Shown piece by piece: positions 23,657 to 40,026 of a stretch of DNA of 64,000 nucleotides. Below the pieces are notes generated by a model that was not told where the DNA came from, made no database searches, and saw only the letters and a program-made list of their open reading frames with translations. Location: the NCBI RefSeq assembly GCF_006345805.1, contig NC_043001.1, positions 128,278,001 through 128,342,000 of the forward strand, in the 5' to 3' direction. The translations under genes were made by a program, and so were the position numbers. Each line of letters begins with the position of its first letter. Positions within the stretch are counted from its first letter, which is position 1. The stretch is from Octopus sinensis. Its lineage: Eukaryota.

Positions 23657-26046
23657 TCTTTATATATAAAAGTGAGGTTGTGTGCTGTCTGTCTCCTACG
23701 ATTTAGATTCCTAACTACTCCCACATTTTGCGGTGCAGTTTGACCAAAAGCGTGTATCTTATAGTCGTGATTCATATCGAGCCCTTCTGGGTATTAGCGC
23801 GCGTCTACGATGAGTCTACGATTTAAAAATAATTACACCATCATTTTTTTCCATTTTAATGCATTTTTTCGCTATTATATAAGGGAAGTAACTCTCTAAA
23901 AATGTCTACGATGAGTCAACGATTTAAAAAAATTTACCATCATTTTTTTTCCATTTTTAATGCATTTTTTCGCTATTATATAAGGGAAGTAACTCTCTAA
24001 AAATGTCTATGATGAGTCAACGATTTAAAAAAAAATTTACCATAATTTTTTTCCATTTTTAATGCATTTTTTTGCTATTTTTTGGCTATAACTCTCTAAA
24101 AATGGCTTATATAGTTATTTCCCTTACAAACCCGAGCAATGCCGGGTGATACTGCTAGTTATTATTAAAAGACAAGCAGAAAATCTTTATATATAAAAGT
24201 CAAGTTGTGTGTCTGTCTCCTACGATTTAGATTCCTAACTACTCCCACATTTTGCAGTGGCAGTTTGACCAAAACCGGGTATCTTATAGTCATGATTCAT
24301 ATTGAGCCTTCTGGGTATTAGCGCGCGTCTACGATGAGTCTACGATTTAAAAAAAAATTTACAACAATTTTTCCCATTTTTAATGCATTTTTTCGCTATT
24401 ATATAAGGTAAGTAACTCTCTAAAAATGTCTATGAGTCAACAATTTAAAAAAAAATTTACCATCATTTTTTTTTCCATTTTTAATGCATTTTTTTTGCTA
24501 TATATAAGGGAAGTAACCCTCTAAAAATGTTTACGATGAGTCAACGATTTAAAAAAATTTACCATCATTTTTTTCCATTTTTAATAATGCATTTTTTCGC
24601 GCTATTATATAAGGGAAGTAACTCTCTAAAAATGTCTACGATGAGTCACGATGTAAAAAAAAATTTACCGTAATTTTTTTTTCCATTTTTTATGCATTTT
24701 TTTGCTATTTTTTGGCTATAACTCTCTAAAAATGCTTATATAGTTATTTCCCTTACAAACCCGAGCAACGCCGGGCGATACTGCTAGTTATTATTAAAAG
24801 ACAAGCAAGAAATCTTTATATATAAAAGTCAAGTTGTGTGTCTGTCTCCTACGATTTAGATTCCTAACTACTCCCACATTTTGCAGTGCAGTTTGACCAA
24901 AACCGGGTATCTTATAGTCATGATTCATATTGAGCCCTTCTGGGTATTAGCGCGCGTCTACGATGAGTCTACGATTTAAAAAAAAATTTACAATCAATTT
25001 TTCCCATTTTTAATGCATTTTTTCGCTATTATATAAGGGAAGTAACTCTCTAAAAATGTCTATGATGAGTCAACAATTTAAAAAAAAATTTACCATCATT
25101 TTTTTTTCCATTTTTAATGCATTTTTTTTGCTATTATATAAGGGAAGTAACCCTCTAAAAATGTTTACGATGAGTCCAACGATTTAAAAAAATTTACCAT
25201 CATTTTTTTTCCATTTTAATGCATTTTTTCGCTATTATATAGGGAAGTAACTCTCTAAAAATGTCTACGATGAGTCAACGATGTAAAAAAAAATTTACCG
25301 TAATTTTTTTTCCATTTTTATGGCATTTTTTTTTGCTATTTTTTGGCTATAACTCTCTAAAAATGCTTATATAGTTATTTCCCTTACAAACCTGAGCAAC
25401 GCCGGGCGATACTGCTAGTTATTATTAAAAGACAAGCAAGAAATCTTTATATATAAAAGTCAAGTTGTGTGTCTGTCTCCTACGATTTAGATTCCTAACT
25501 ACTCCCACATTTTGCAGTGCAGTTTGACCAAAACCGGGTATCTTATAGTCGATTTCATATTGAGCCCTTCTGGTATTAGCCGCGCGTCTACGATGAGTCT
25601 ACGATTTAAAAAAAAATTTACAATCAATTTTTCCCATTTTTAATGCATTTTTTCGCTATTATATAAGGGAAGTAACTCTCTAAAAATGTCTATGATGAGT
25701 CAACAATTTAAAAAAAAATTTACCATCATTTTTTTTTCCATTTTTAATGCATTTTTTTTGCTATTATATAAGGGAAGTAACCCTCTAAAAATGTTTACGA
25801 TGAGTCAACGATTTAAAAAAATTTACCATCATTTTTTTCCATTTTAATGCATTTTTTCGCTATTATATAAGGGAAGTAACTCTCTAAAAATGTCTACGAT
25901 GAGTCAACGATGTAAAAAAAAATTTACCGTAATTTTTTTTCCATTTTTTATGCATTTTTTTTGCTATTTTTTGGCTATAACTCTCTAAAAATGCTTATAT
26001 AGTTATTTCCCTTACAAACCTGAGCAACGCCGGGCGATACTGCTAG
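23657..26046 (+). mobile_element. Tandem array of four non-autonomous Helitrons (23657-24158, 24184-24787, 24813-25418, 25444-26046) with 25-bp spacers
   Basis: Each starts TCTTTATATATAAAAG after A and ends with hairpin CCCGAGCAACGCCGGG (minor variants) then CTGCTAG before T; about 100-bp internal subrepeats (3,4,4,4). Confidence 0.92.
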
Positions 26047-26354
26047 TTATTATTAAAAGACAAGCAAGACATTTTTATAAAACTAAGAAGATGTAGGAAA
26101 GCAAACATGATTTAAAATATGATTACTTAATTCCATTTGTCACTCAGTAGCTACTTATGATTTGGTCACATCTGTTTTATTGTAATAAAAGATACTCCAA
26201 CCAAGATTTTACAGTGTAGCACTTAGCATAATTTACAAATTTGTTTATGAGCTTAAGCTGCAGTCACTTCTAAAAAAAGTTTTGCCTGCTACTTCAAATT
26301 TAAATTTTGTCTAACCCATTCCATAATTTAGAGAAAGCGTGAAGCAAACATATA

Positions 26355-27524
26355 GGTGCAGGAGTGGCTGTGTGGTAAGTAGCTTGTTTACCAACCACTT
26401 GGTTCCGGGTTCAGTCCCACTGCGTGGCACCTTGGGCAAGTGTCTTCTGCTATAGCCCCAGGCCGACCAAGCCTTGTGAGTGGATTTGGTAGACGGAAAT
26501 TGAAAGAAGCCCGTCGTATATGTATATATAGGCGCAGGAGTGGCTGTGTGGTAAGTAGCTTGTTTACCAACCACTTGGTTCCGGGTTCAGTCCCACTGCG
26601 TGGCACCTTGGGCAAGTGTCTTCTGCTATAGCCCCAGGCCGACCAAAGCCTTGTGAGTGGATTTGGTAGACGGAAATTGAAAGAAGCCCGTCGTATATAT
26701 GTATATATAGGCGCAGGAGTGGCTGTGTGGTAAGTAGCTTGTTTACCAACCACTTGGTTCCGGGTTCAGTCCCACTGCGTGGCACCTTGGGCAAGTGTCT
26801 TCTGCTATAGCCCCAGGCCGACCAAAGCCTTGCGAGTGGATTTGGTAGACGGAAATTGAAAGAAGCCCGTCGTATATATGTATATATAGGCGCAGGATGG
26901 CTGTGTGGTAAGTAGCTTGTTTACCCACCCACATGGTTCCGGGTTCAGTCCCACTGCGTGGAACCTTGGGCAAGTGTCTTCTGCTATAGCCTCGGGCCGA
27001 CCAAAGCCTTGTGAGTGGATTTGGTAGACGGAAATTGAAAGAAGCCCGTCGTATATATGTATATATAGGCGTAGGAGTGGCTGTGTGGTAAGTAGCTTGT
27101 TTACCAACCACATGGTTCTGGGTTCAGTCCCACTGCGTGGCACCTTGGGCAAGTGTCTTCTACTATAGCCTCGGGCCGACCAAAGCCTTGTGAGTGGATT
27201 TGGTAGACGGAAATTGAAAGAAGCCCGTCGTATATATGTATATATATATATATATTTATATATATATTATATATATTTCTTTAATATATATATATATATG
27301 CGTGTGTGTGTTTGTGTGTCTGTGTTTGTCCCCCTAGCATTGCTTGTCAACCGATGCTGGTGTGTTTATGTCCCCGTTACTTAGTGGTTCGGCAAAAGAG
27401 ACCGATAGAATAAGTACTGGGCTTACAAAAAAGAATAAGTCCCGGGGTCGAGTTGCTCGATTAAAGGCGGTGCTCCAGCATGGCCGCAGTCAAATGACTG
27501 AAACAAGTAGAAGAGTAAAGAGTA
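26355..27524 (+). repeat. Tandem array of five about 178-bp SINE-B 5' halves, the last continuing as a full SINE
   Basis: GG(C/T)GCAGGAGTGGCTGTGTGG-type starts at about 26355, 26530, 26709, 26888 and 27068. Confidence 0.95.
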
Positions 27525-27754
27525 GCACTTAGAATATTTCTAATCCATCTCCTGATTGCAATACCTGCATTTCAATCATTTCTGACTCTTTCTGACAAAT
27601 GTGTTTTCAAAAGATTATGATAAACTTATTACCTATGCAGTCTTATATAAATAGGAAGGCGCATTGACTCTAAATGAATATCATATCAGTAGAGATCCAA
27701 ATTACTTTATTAGTGCTAATGAGTTATGTAAATGTGCATGTGTGTATTTATATT

Positions 27755-28237
27755 TATCTACATACATACATACATACACACATACATACATACATATGTA
27801 CATACATACATGCATACATACATACATACATACATACATACATACATACATACATACATACATGCATGCATGCATGCATGCATGCATACATACATACATA
27901 CATACATAAATACATACATACATGCATGCATGCATACATACATACATACATACATAAATACATACATACATGCATGCATGCATACATACATACATACATA
28001 CATACATACATGCATACGTGCATTCATACATACATACATGCATGCATGCATGCAAGCATACATACATAAATACATACATACATACATACATACATACATA
28101 CATACGTACATACATACGTACATACATACATGCGTACATACATACGTACATACATACATACATACGTACATACATACGTACATACATACATACATGCATA
28201 CATACATACGTACATACATACGTACATACATACATAC

Positions 28238-28277
<40 letters not shown>

Positions 28278-28280
28278 TCA
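27755..28280. repeat. (CATA)n/(CATG)n/(CGTA)n compound microsatellite
   Basis: Direct inspection; source of many MYVC/HTYI ORFs. Confidence 0.97.
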
Positions 28281-28576
28281 AACACTCTCAAACACACACA
28301 CGCACATTTATATATAGACACAAAAGCCAAGTGCAGGCTTCTGCCTGGCCGGCTCCTGTCAAACCATCCCACCCATGCCAACATGGAGGGTGGGCATTAA
28401 ACAATGATGGCCATGATGATATTGTAAGTATGTATGTATGCATGTATGTATGTATGTGTGTATGTGTGTCCTCACTTTAAAAAAAATCTTCTTGCACAGG
28501 CATTGCACGATAACAACATTGATTAAGCTTCATGCAATGGCCATACTCGATAACGAGGGGGCAGCCACCATATATG

Positions 28577-28606
<30 letters not shown>

Positions 28607-28607
<1 letters not shown>

Positions 28608-28890
28608 GGGCCGACCAAAGCCTTGTGAGTGGATTTGGTAGACAGAAACTGAAAGAAGCCTGTCGTATATATATGCGTTTGTGTGTCTGTGTTTGTTCCC
28701 CTAGCATTGCTTGACAACTGATGCTGGTGTGTTTACGTCCCCGTCACTTAGTGGTTCGGCAAAAGAGACCGATAGAATAAGTACTGGGGTTACAAAAGAA
28801 TAAGTCCTGGGGTCGAGTTGCTCGATTAAAGGCGGTGCTCCAGCATGGCCACAGTCAAATGACTGAAACAAGTAAAAGAGAAAAAAGAGA
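28607..28890 (+). mobile_element. SINE family B, 5'-truncated
   Basis: Starts at GGGCCGACCAAAGCC and runs to the family tail. Confidence 0.88.
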
Positions 28891-29694
28891 ATATACATAT
28901 CATCTGTCAGTTGTCCATAAGTCAGGAAAAAAAGTATACTCTAAAAATAGAATTTGTGTGGTTATACTTTTATATTTTTAAATAGTATATTTCTAGTTTT
29001 GGTATACATCTGATCAGTAAGTTACTACTGGTTTGGTGTCTACTATTGCTCTTGGCAACACTAATGAGTCTTCAGACATGCTAGCCAGAAGAATATGGCC
29101 TCCTTAATGCTGGAAATAAATATACAGTCACGATCAGCTTAGTAGTGAAAAAAAAAAAATTAAGAAAACTTTTCTGAGTGGGAAAGAAGATTCAGTTGTA
29201 CAATTCCAGCCATGCTAGAAAGGGGTCAACTGTTCCTGTATACATGTTTTCCATTCCCTTATTCAAAAAGATGCGAAGACCATGTTTCCAAAATGAATTT
29301 TCTCTCATGAGGGCAGTTACTAAAAAATCTTACATTATGAGTTCAGAGAAGCACCTGGATTATGTGAATTTTTTAGGATTAATCCCTTCTTGGTTAAGTA
29401 ACAGTTGCATCTTCTGCTTCCATTTAGGGTGGCCCAGGTTGTACCTGCAGTTGATCTTGTGCAGCATTAGAGCACTGTACATACATGCATACACAAATAT
29501 ATACTTACATACATACACACATTGAGACAGGCATATGTGTCTGCATAGTTTTCCTCTACCAACTTTCACTTATACAATATTGGTCAACTTGAGGCTATAG
29601 TAGGAGGCAATAATCTGAAGTGCTGTACAGTAGGATTAAATCCAAAATCATATGGTTACAAAGCACATTTTTAACCACTCAATTATGCCTGCAC

Positions 29695-29730
<36 letters not shown>

Positions 29731-29886
29731 ATGAACAGTGTGTTTGTGTGTTTTCAACAGAGGCAGTTAATAAAATATTAAATACTATGCCAAATGTCTT
29801 GGATAAGTGTTTTCTATTACATTACAAGGTAGATCAAAGACTTTTGAGTGGATTTAGTAGACAGAAACTGAAAGAAGCTCCTCATA

Positions 29887-30460
29887 TATGAGTGTGTGTG
29901 TGTGTGTATTTGGGTTTGTGTGTGTGTTTGTGTTAGTGTATGCATGCATGTGTGTGTATACATACATATGTGTGTGAGTGTGTATGTATACATACATGTA
30001 TATGTGTGTGTGTATGCATGCATGTTTGTATTTGTGTTTGTACGTGTGTGTGTGTATACATATATATATGTGTGTGTGTGTATTTGGGTTTGTGTGTGTG
30101 TTTGTGTTAGTGTATGCATGCATGTGTATGTATACATACATATGTGTGTGTGTGTATGTATACATACATACATGTTTATGTGTGTGTGTATGCATGCATG
30201 TTTGTATTTGTGTTTGTACGTGTGTGTGTGTATACATATATATATGTGTGTGTGTGTATTTGGGTTTGTGTGTGTGTTTGTGTTAGTGTATGCATGCATG
30301 TGTGTGTATACATACATATGTGTGTGTGTGTATGTATACATACATACATGTATATGTGTGTGTGTATGCATGCATGTATGTATTTGTGTTTGTACGTGTG
30401 TGTGTGTGTGTATACATATATATATATGTGTGTGTGTGTATATATGTATACATACATATA
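29887..30460. repeat. Higher-order triplication (about 178-bp unit) of a TG/TA/CATG microsatellite mosaic
   Basis: GTATTTGGGTTTGTGTGTGTGTTTGTGTTAGTGTATGCATGC recurs three times. Confidence 0.85.
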
Positions 30461-30691
30461 TATTTCTTTACTACCCACAAGGGGCTAAACACAGAGGGGA
30501 CAAACAAGGACAGACAAAGCAATTAAGTCGATTCCATCGACCTCAGTGCGTAACTGGTACTTAATTTATCGACCCCGAAAGGATGAAAGGCAAAGTCGAC
30601 CTCGGCGGAATTTGAACTCAGAACATAACGGCAGACGAAATACGGCTACGCATCTCGCCCGGCGTGCTACTGTTTCTGCCAGCTCGCCGCC
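30461..30691 (-). mobile_element. SINE family A
   Basis: Reverse complement of the consensus. Confidence 0.92.
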
Positions 30692-31009
30692 TTGTATACA
30701 TATATGTGTGTGTATGTGTGCATGTGTGCACATGTGCATGCATTTGTATGTGTTGTGTGTGTCTCCATGTGTACACTCATATGGGCATCACATGACAGAT
30801 GTACATGAGCATCACTGTCATGCAAGTAAAGTTGTTGTTCCTTTCCAGACTTCCATGAAATACATGTCGAGCTATGGGGAAAATATTAGCTTCCTTGGAA
30901 ACAAGTAATGAAGAAGGGCATCTGGGTAAAAAAAAAAATCTGCCTCAACAAATTCTCTCTGACCTATACAAGTATGGAAGACCGAAATGCAGATGCTGCT
31001 GCTGCCAAT

Positions 31010-31146
<137 letters not shown>

Positions 31147-31535
31147 GGTGATTACCCCAAGATAAACTCTGACATATGATCAAAAGAGCATTCTAGTCAT
31201 GATTAGCCTTGTGTCAGTTTTTGTTGTTTTTTCAGGCATAGTACACCTTGGAGTACATCATCCAATGTTACCTTTTCGTAAGACAGTAGGGTGTGCAATT
31301 TGCAGTAAAATAAAGCTGGTGGTGTTTTCTAGCATGTGAAATGGCTAATAAATTCACCTTCAATGAAGGCAGAATTGAAACTCTCTCAAAATCTCTTGAG
31401 CCTCTAAGAATCAAACAGTTCCAGAATATTGGAGAATCAACCATATCAACAAGTTATTCTACAAGTAAACTTTACTCATACTTCAACTACATGTATCTTG
31501 CTCTCTCTTTCTCTCTGTCTTCCTCTCCCTCTCTC

Positions 31536-33957
<2,422 letters not shown>

Positions 33958-34013
33958 GTATGTACGTGTATGTATATATATATATATACTGGGAAAGAGA
34001 CAGAGAGATAGAA

Positions 34014-34051
<38 letters not shown>

Positions 34052-34300
34052 GGAAATGTAAAAAAAATTTTTTCTGCTGTAAATAAATGTTTGTATAATG
34101 TTATCATGTACTTACTTAATGAAAAATTGCCTTTTTTTTAATGAAATTTACTTGAGATATCTAATAATCTTTGAAAATATTCCAACTCTCTCAAATATGT
34201 GGAGATAAACTTAATTTGCACTTCTGCTACTTTCCATAAGACACTTCTCAAATTTTCTTCAAAATAAGTGATTTGCAATTTTTATTATTGCTGTTATTTT

Positions 34301-34346
<46 letters not shown>

Positions 34347-34360
34347 TAATAATAATAATA

Positions 34361-34692
34361 GTCTCTAAAAGAAATGGAGAAACTTTCAAAATACAAAGAC
34401 CTGGAAATAGAGGTAACCAGAATGTGGAATCTAAAAACAGAAACAATTCCTATCATAGTAGGTGCATTAGGCATGAAAAAAAAAATTCAGACAAATACAT
34501 AACAAAAACACCAGGACTTACAAACACATATAACATACAGAAAATTGCACTACTAGGCACTGCACACATCCTACGTAGAACACTTTCCATACAATAACCA
34601 TCACAGCATCACAACAAATCACAGCACATACCCAAGGCACACAGAGCTGCGCTCGGTAGTGAAGTGAACGCACGCTATAAAAAATAAAACTA

Positions 34693-34696
<4 letters not shown>
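34361..34696 (+). mobile_element. 5'-truncated Dong/R4-like LINE 3' end in (TAA)n
   Basis: KYKDLEIEVTRMWNLKTETIPIIVGALG..ALLGTAHILRRTLSIQ; near-identical to 61561-61900; (AAT)n on both sides. Confidence 0.92.
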
Positions 34697-34758
<62 letters not shown>

Positions 34759-34934
34759 TACTATTTTTATCATTATTATTGGTTTCAAATTTTGGCACAG
34801 GGCCAGCAATTTCAGAGAGAGAATAAGTAAATTACATCAACCCCAGTGTTCAACTGACACTTATTTTGTTGACCTCTAAGGGATGAGAGGTAAATTCTAC
34901 CTTGGTGGAATTTAAATCCAGAATGTAAAGAAGG

Positions 34935-35095
34935 AGTGGCTATGTTGTAAGTAGCTTGCTAACCAACCACATGGTTCCGGGTTCAGTCCCACTGCGTGGC
35001 ATCTTGGACAAGTGTCTTCTACTATAGCTCCAGGCTGACCAATGCCTTGTGAGTGGATTTAGTAGACGGAAACTGAAAGAAGCCCGTCATGTATA

Positions 35096-35127
<32 letters not shown>

Positions 35128-35349
35128 TGTTTGTGTGTCTGTGTTTGTCCCCCTAGCATTGCTTGACAACCGATGCTGGTGTGTTTACGTCCCCGTCACT
35201 TAGCGGTTCGGCAAAAGAGACCGATAGAATAAGTACTGAGCTTACAAAGAATAAGTCCCGGGGTTGATTTGCTTGACTAAAGGCGGTGCTCCAGCATGGC
35301 TGCAGTCAAATGACTGAAACAAGTAAAAGAGTAAAAGAGTAAAAGAGTA
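34935..35349 (+). mobile_element. SINE family B
   Basis: Full consensus with (GTAAAAGA)n tail. Confidence 0.92.
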
Positions 35350-35848
35350 AGGACAAAATGCCACTAAGCATTTTGCCCGGTGTGCTAATAATTCTGCTAG
35401 CTCACCGTCTTATTATTTTTATCATTATTATTATTGTTATTTTGGCTTGGCTCAGATTTGGTCTTATTCCTCTGCTGTAATTGTATCTTGGTGCTGTTGA
35501 AAGTTAGACTGGAGAATATTTTCAAGGTCCTAAATTATGGAAATAGGAGATATCTATTATGAGATTCTTGGTTTGCTTATGGATGGCACATGTGTATATG
35601 TAAAAAAAGGGAGTGAAGGATGGTATCAACTGCTAACGAAAGTGTTGACTGTAGTCTTTTTTACTTATTTCAGTCATTAGACTGCAGCCAGATCTCTTTG
35701 CCAAATCGTTACTTAACCAAGAAGGGATTAATCCAAAAAAACTCACATAATCCCTCATGAGAGAAAATTCATTTTGGAAACATGGTCTTCGCATTTTCTT
35801 TTTAATAAGAGAATGGAAAATGCACATGCACACACATGCACACACACA

Positions 35849-35898
<50 letters not shown>

Positions 35899-35920
35899 AC
35901 ACACACACATACACACACAC

Positions 35921-36133
35921 AGGTTAAAGTAGTGAGGAAATGCAAGCAGTTAGGCAAGGCATGACAAGGACATTTCATTTCATCTAATTCAATCTAAATT
36001 TAGTTACTAAATGGTAAAAAAATAGTAAAAAATAGTAAGAAATAGTTTACCATTTTTTACCATTCTAGATGAAATTAAATGTCCTTGTCATGCCTTGCCT
36101 AATTGTTTGCCTTTTCTCACTACACTTTAGCCT
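35921..36133. mobile_element. MITE with about 65-bp TIRs next to (CA)n
   Basis: AGGTTAAAGTAGTGAGG..GGCAAGGCATGACAAGGACATTT versus its reverse complement at about 36066-36133; TSD not resolved. Confidence 0.8.
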
Positions 36134-36319
36134 ACACCTACTGACTCAGAGGGAAGCCACCTTTAGCCATTTTGAACAAGGCACATAACCACAATTTCAG
36201 CTACTTTCCAAACTGGAAATTTGATGATACACCTGTTTCAGAACTCAGAATGCATACCTATTAGTTTGAGTCATCCTGATGATAATTCCTTATATATATA
36301 TATATATATGTTTGTTTCT

Positions 36320-36610
36320 TCTTGAGCCATGCCTGGCTCATAAGGGCCGGTTTCCCAGTTTCCTTGGTGTATAGGTTCCCCACCTGGACAAGATGCCAGA
36401 CCATCACAGGTAAGCTATAAGATGCAGGAGGAAAGAATGAGAGAAAGTTGTGGTGAAAGAGTCAGCGGAAGTTCACCATTACCTTCTGCCGGAGCCACGG
36501 GGAGTTTAGGTGTTTCGCTCATAAACAAACGCATCAGCCAGTTTGAGATTCGAACCCACAATCCCTCGACCACGAAATCACTGTTCTAACCACTAGGCCA
36601 TGTGCCTCCA
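36320..36610 (-). mobile_element. SINE C-related element with another 3' tail
   Basis: Head GGAGGCACATGGCCTAGTGGTTAGAAC and shared CTTTCACCACAACTTTCTCTCA segment. Confidence 0.7.
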
Positions 36611-36649
36611 CAACACACACACACACACACACACACACGCCAAGACTAG

Positions 36650-37377
36650 TCAGGCCATAACCCATGGCCCTACCTGGGACGTAGTCAGTCCACCTGTGCA
36701 TACCTTCCTTCTTGTGACACTTGTGAAACCTGTTGAGGCAATGAAAATCAAATCAAATCAAATCAAAACAATCAAAATAGAGAAATCATGGAATTTGTAT
36801 CTTTGTGGTACCGTGCCGGTGGCACGTGGCATATAAGAAAACCATCCGAACGTGCCCGTGGCCAGTACCGCATCAACTGGCCTCCGTGTGTGGGCACGTA
36901 ACAACCCATTCCGATCGTGGCCGTTTGCCAGCCTCATCTGGCACCTGTGTCGGTGGCACATAAAACAACCATCCGAGCGTGGCCATCTGCCAGCCTCGTC
37001 TGCACTGTGTCGGTGGCACATAAAAACACCACAGCGTGGCCGTCTGCCAGCCTCGTCTGGCACCTGTGTCGGTGGCACATAAAAACACCATCCAGCGTGG
37101 CCGTCTGCCATCCTCGTCTGCACTGTGTCGTAGCACATAAAAACACACCATCCGAGCGTGGCCGTTTGTCAGCCCGTCTGGCCCTGTGTCGGTGGCACAT
37201 AAAATCACCCACTACACTCTCGGAGTGTTGCGTTAGGAAGGGCATCCACTGTAGAAACAACTGCCAGATCTGACTGGACTGGTGCAGCTTTCGGGCTCCC
37301 CAGACCCCAGTTGAACCGTCCAACCCATGCTAGCATGGAAAGCGGACGTTAAATGATGATGATGATGATGATGATGA
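36650..37377 (+). mobile_element. Family D (RTE 3' UTR) with about 7 x 60-bp VNTR units and (GAT)n tail
   Basis: Repeated GTCGGTGGCACATAAAA units; GTTAGGAAGGGCATCC..GGACGTTAAATGATGAT end. Confidence 0.85.
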
Positions 37378-38269
37378 TATATATATACAACCACTAGGCC
37401 ATGTGCCTCCATATATATATATATATATAAATACACACAACGGGCTTCTTTCAGTTTTTGTCTACCAAATTTACTCACAAGGCTTTGGTTGGCCCAAGGC
37501 TATAGTAGAAGACACTTGTCCAAGGTGCCATACAGTGGGACTGAACCTGGAACCATGTGGTTTGGAAGCAAACTTCTTGCCACACAGCCATGCCTGTGCC
37601 TAATTAAACAAGTCCTCATTAGTGTACTGAAGGAAGACTGCATTCTGTTGTAATTTTCAAACTAAGTCTCCAGGTCAGAAGTCAATGTCCTCCCTTCTTT
37701 CTCAAATATGGTTATGGACACTGCCCTGCCCCGCCCCACTCTTCTGTTTAGGTCATGTAAAAATAAAGCAAAAAACTTGAGTAAACCAGCTTTGATAGGA
37801 TGTTTATATTGCATGCGTGTGAGTGTGTGTGTGTGTGTATGTGTATACGTGGGTGTATGTGAGAGAAGGGGCGAATGGAAGGGGGATAAGAAAGGGAGTG
37901 AGGGGAGAAAGTGGTAGTAGCGAGGAAATTAGAGTTTTTATAGACTTATTGAAAGAATGGTTAAATAAATAGTGGGACCTTGAAAACATAATTAAAAGTC
38001 TTGAAAATTGTTCCAAGATGGTTATTTTTCATTCAACATCTGTTACATCCAATTAATGAATGTTTTGTATTCTTTGTTCAGTCTCGTGTCTGCTTGTCTA
38101 TATAAATACTAGCTGGCCCTGCACCGTCAAAAATGACAGCTAATTGTAGTATTTTATATATAAATAAGGTATAAAATAAGGTACATAATAATCACACATA
38201 CAAACATTCACATACTTCCCTGGTATACACACACACATACACACATATATTCAAACAGAGATGAAATAC

Positions 38270-38491
38270 CTCTTTTACTCTTTTACTCTTTTACTTGTTT
38301 CAGTCATATGACTGCGGCCATGCTGGAGCACCGCTTTTAATGGAGCAACTCGACCCCGGGACTTATTCTTTTGTAAGCACAGTACTTAATCTATCGGTCT
38401 CTTTTGCCGAACCGCTAAGTGGCAGGGACATAAACACACCAGCATCGGTTGTCAAGCAATGCTAGGAGGACAAACACAGACATACAAACAT

Positions 38492-38524
<33 letters not shown>

Positions 38525-38695
38525 CATATATACGACGGGCTTCTTTCAGTTTCCGTCTACCAAATCCACTCACAAGGCTTTGGTCGGCCCGAGGCTATAG
38601 TAGAAGACACTTGCTCAAGGTGCCATGCAGTGGGACTGAACCCGGGACCATGTGGTTGGTAAACAAGCTACTTACCACACAGCCACTCCTGCACC
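38270..38695 (-). mobile_element. SINE family B
   Basis: Reverse complement of the full consensus. Confidence 0.92.
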
Positions 38696-39103
38696 TTCTT
38701 TTCAGCATTCAACCTCCACCATCCCATTTCCATTGCACAGACACACACAAGCACACACATACACACATGCACACACACACATACACACACAAACATTCAC
38801 ATACCTCCCTTTTACATACACACACATATACTCACTCAGAGTTGAAACGCTGATTTTCTTTCACACCTTCATTCATTATTCATCTATCACCCCTTCCTTT
38901 CTCACTCTCATGTTGTGAAAAACAGAAGATAGACGATGCACTCTTTGCTACTTCCATTCACTCATTGCTATTACTTTCTCTCACTCTCTGTCAGTCAGGG
39001 CTATTACTCTCACTACTTCTCCTTCACTGAATTACTATTTTCTCTCCTCTCCCTTCACTTATACAACTCTTTCTCCTACTACATAATTTCGGACAAATAT
39101 ATG

Positions 39104-39165
<62 letters not shown>

Positions 39166-39524
39166 TATACAAATATATAAAAACACTACGCTCATTATTA
39201 TATTAGATGTTGTATGTTTAGATAAATTAGTGTGCTTGTATGTACCTATATTCCTATTTACCTAACTACTTACCAATCTGATTTCCTACCTACCCACCAA
39301 CCTACCTACCTATCTATCTACCTGCCGACCTACCTACCTAATTGGCAGCCAATTCCTTGAACTCTCACACTGTTTGTCTGTCTGTCAGTGTGCCTTTCTA
39401 CCTGTTTTGTTTGCATGCCTATTTGTTAGTCTGCCAACCTGTTCACATGTATCTCTCTGTTAATCTACTTCCTGATATACATACATGTGTATACATCTGT
39501 TTGTATGTGTACATAAGTGTATAT

Positions 39525-39598
39525 CCATCCATCCATCCGTCTGTCTATCTGTCTGTCTGTCTGTCTGTCTGTCTGCCTGTCTATTTATCTATCTATCA

Positions 39599-39648
<50 letters not shown>

Positions 39649-39698
39649 TCATCTATCTATCTATCTATCCATCTATCTATCTATCCATCTATCTATCC

Positions 39699-39740
<42 letters not shown>

Positions 39741-39826
39741 GTATCTATCTATCCATCTATCTATCCATCTATCTATCTATCCATCTATCCATCTATCTAT
39801 CTATCTAACTATCTAGCTATCTATCC

Positions 39827-39857
<31 letters not shown>

Positions 39858-39870
39858 CATCTATCTATCC

Positions 39871-39942
<72 letters not shown>

Positions 39943-40026
39943 GTCTGTCTGTCTGCTTGTCTGTCTGCCTGCCTATCTATCTATCTATCTGTTTGCCTGT
40001 CTATCTGTCTATCTATCTATCTATCT
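39525..40026. repeat. (CTAT)n/(CCAT)n/(CTGT)n microsatellite, resuming at 40885-40957
   Basis: Direct inspection. Confidence 0.97.
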
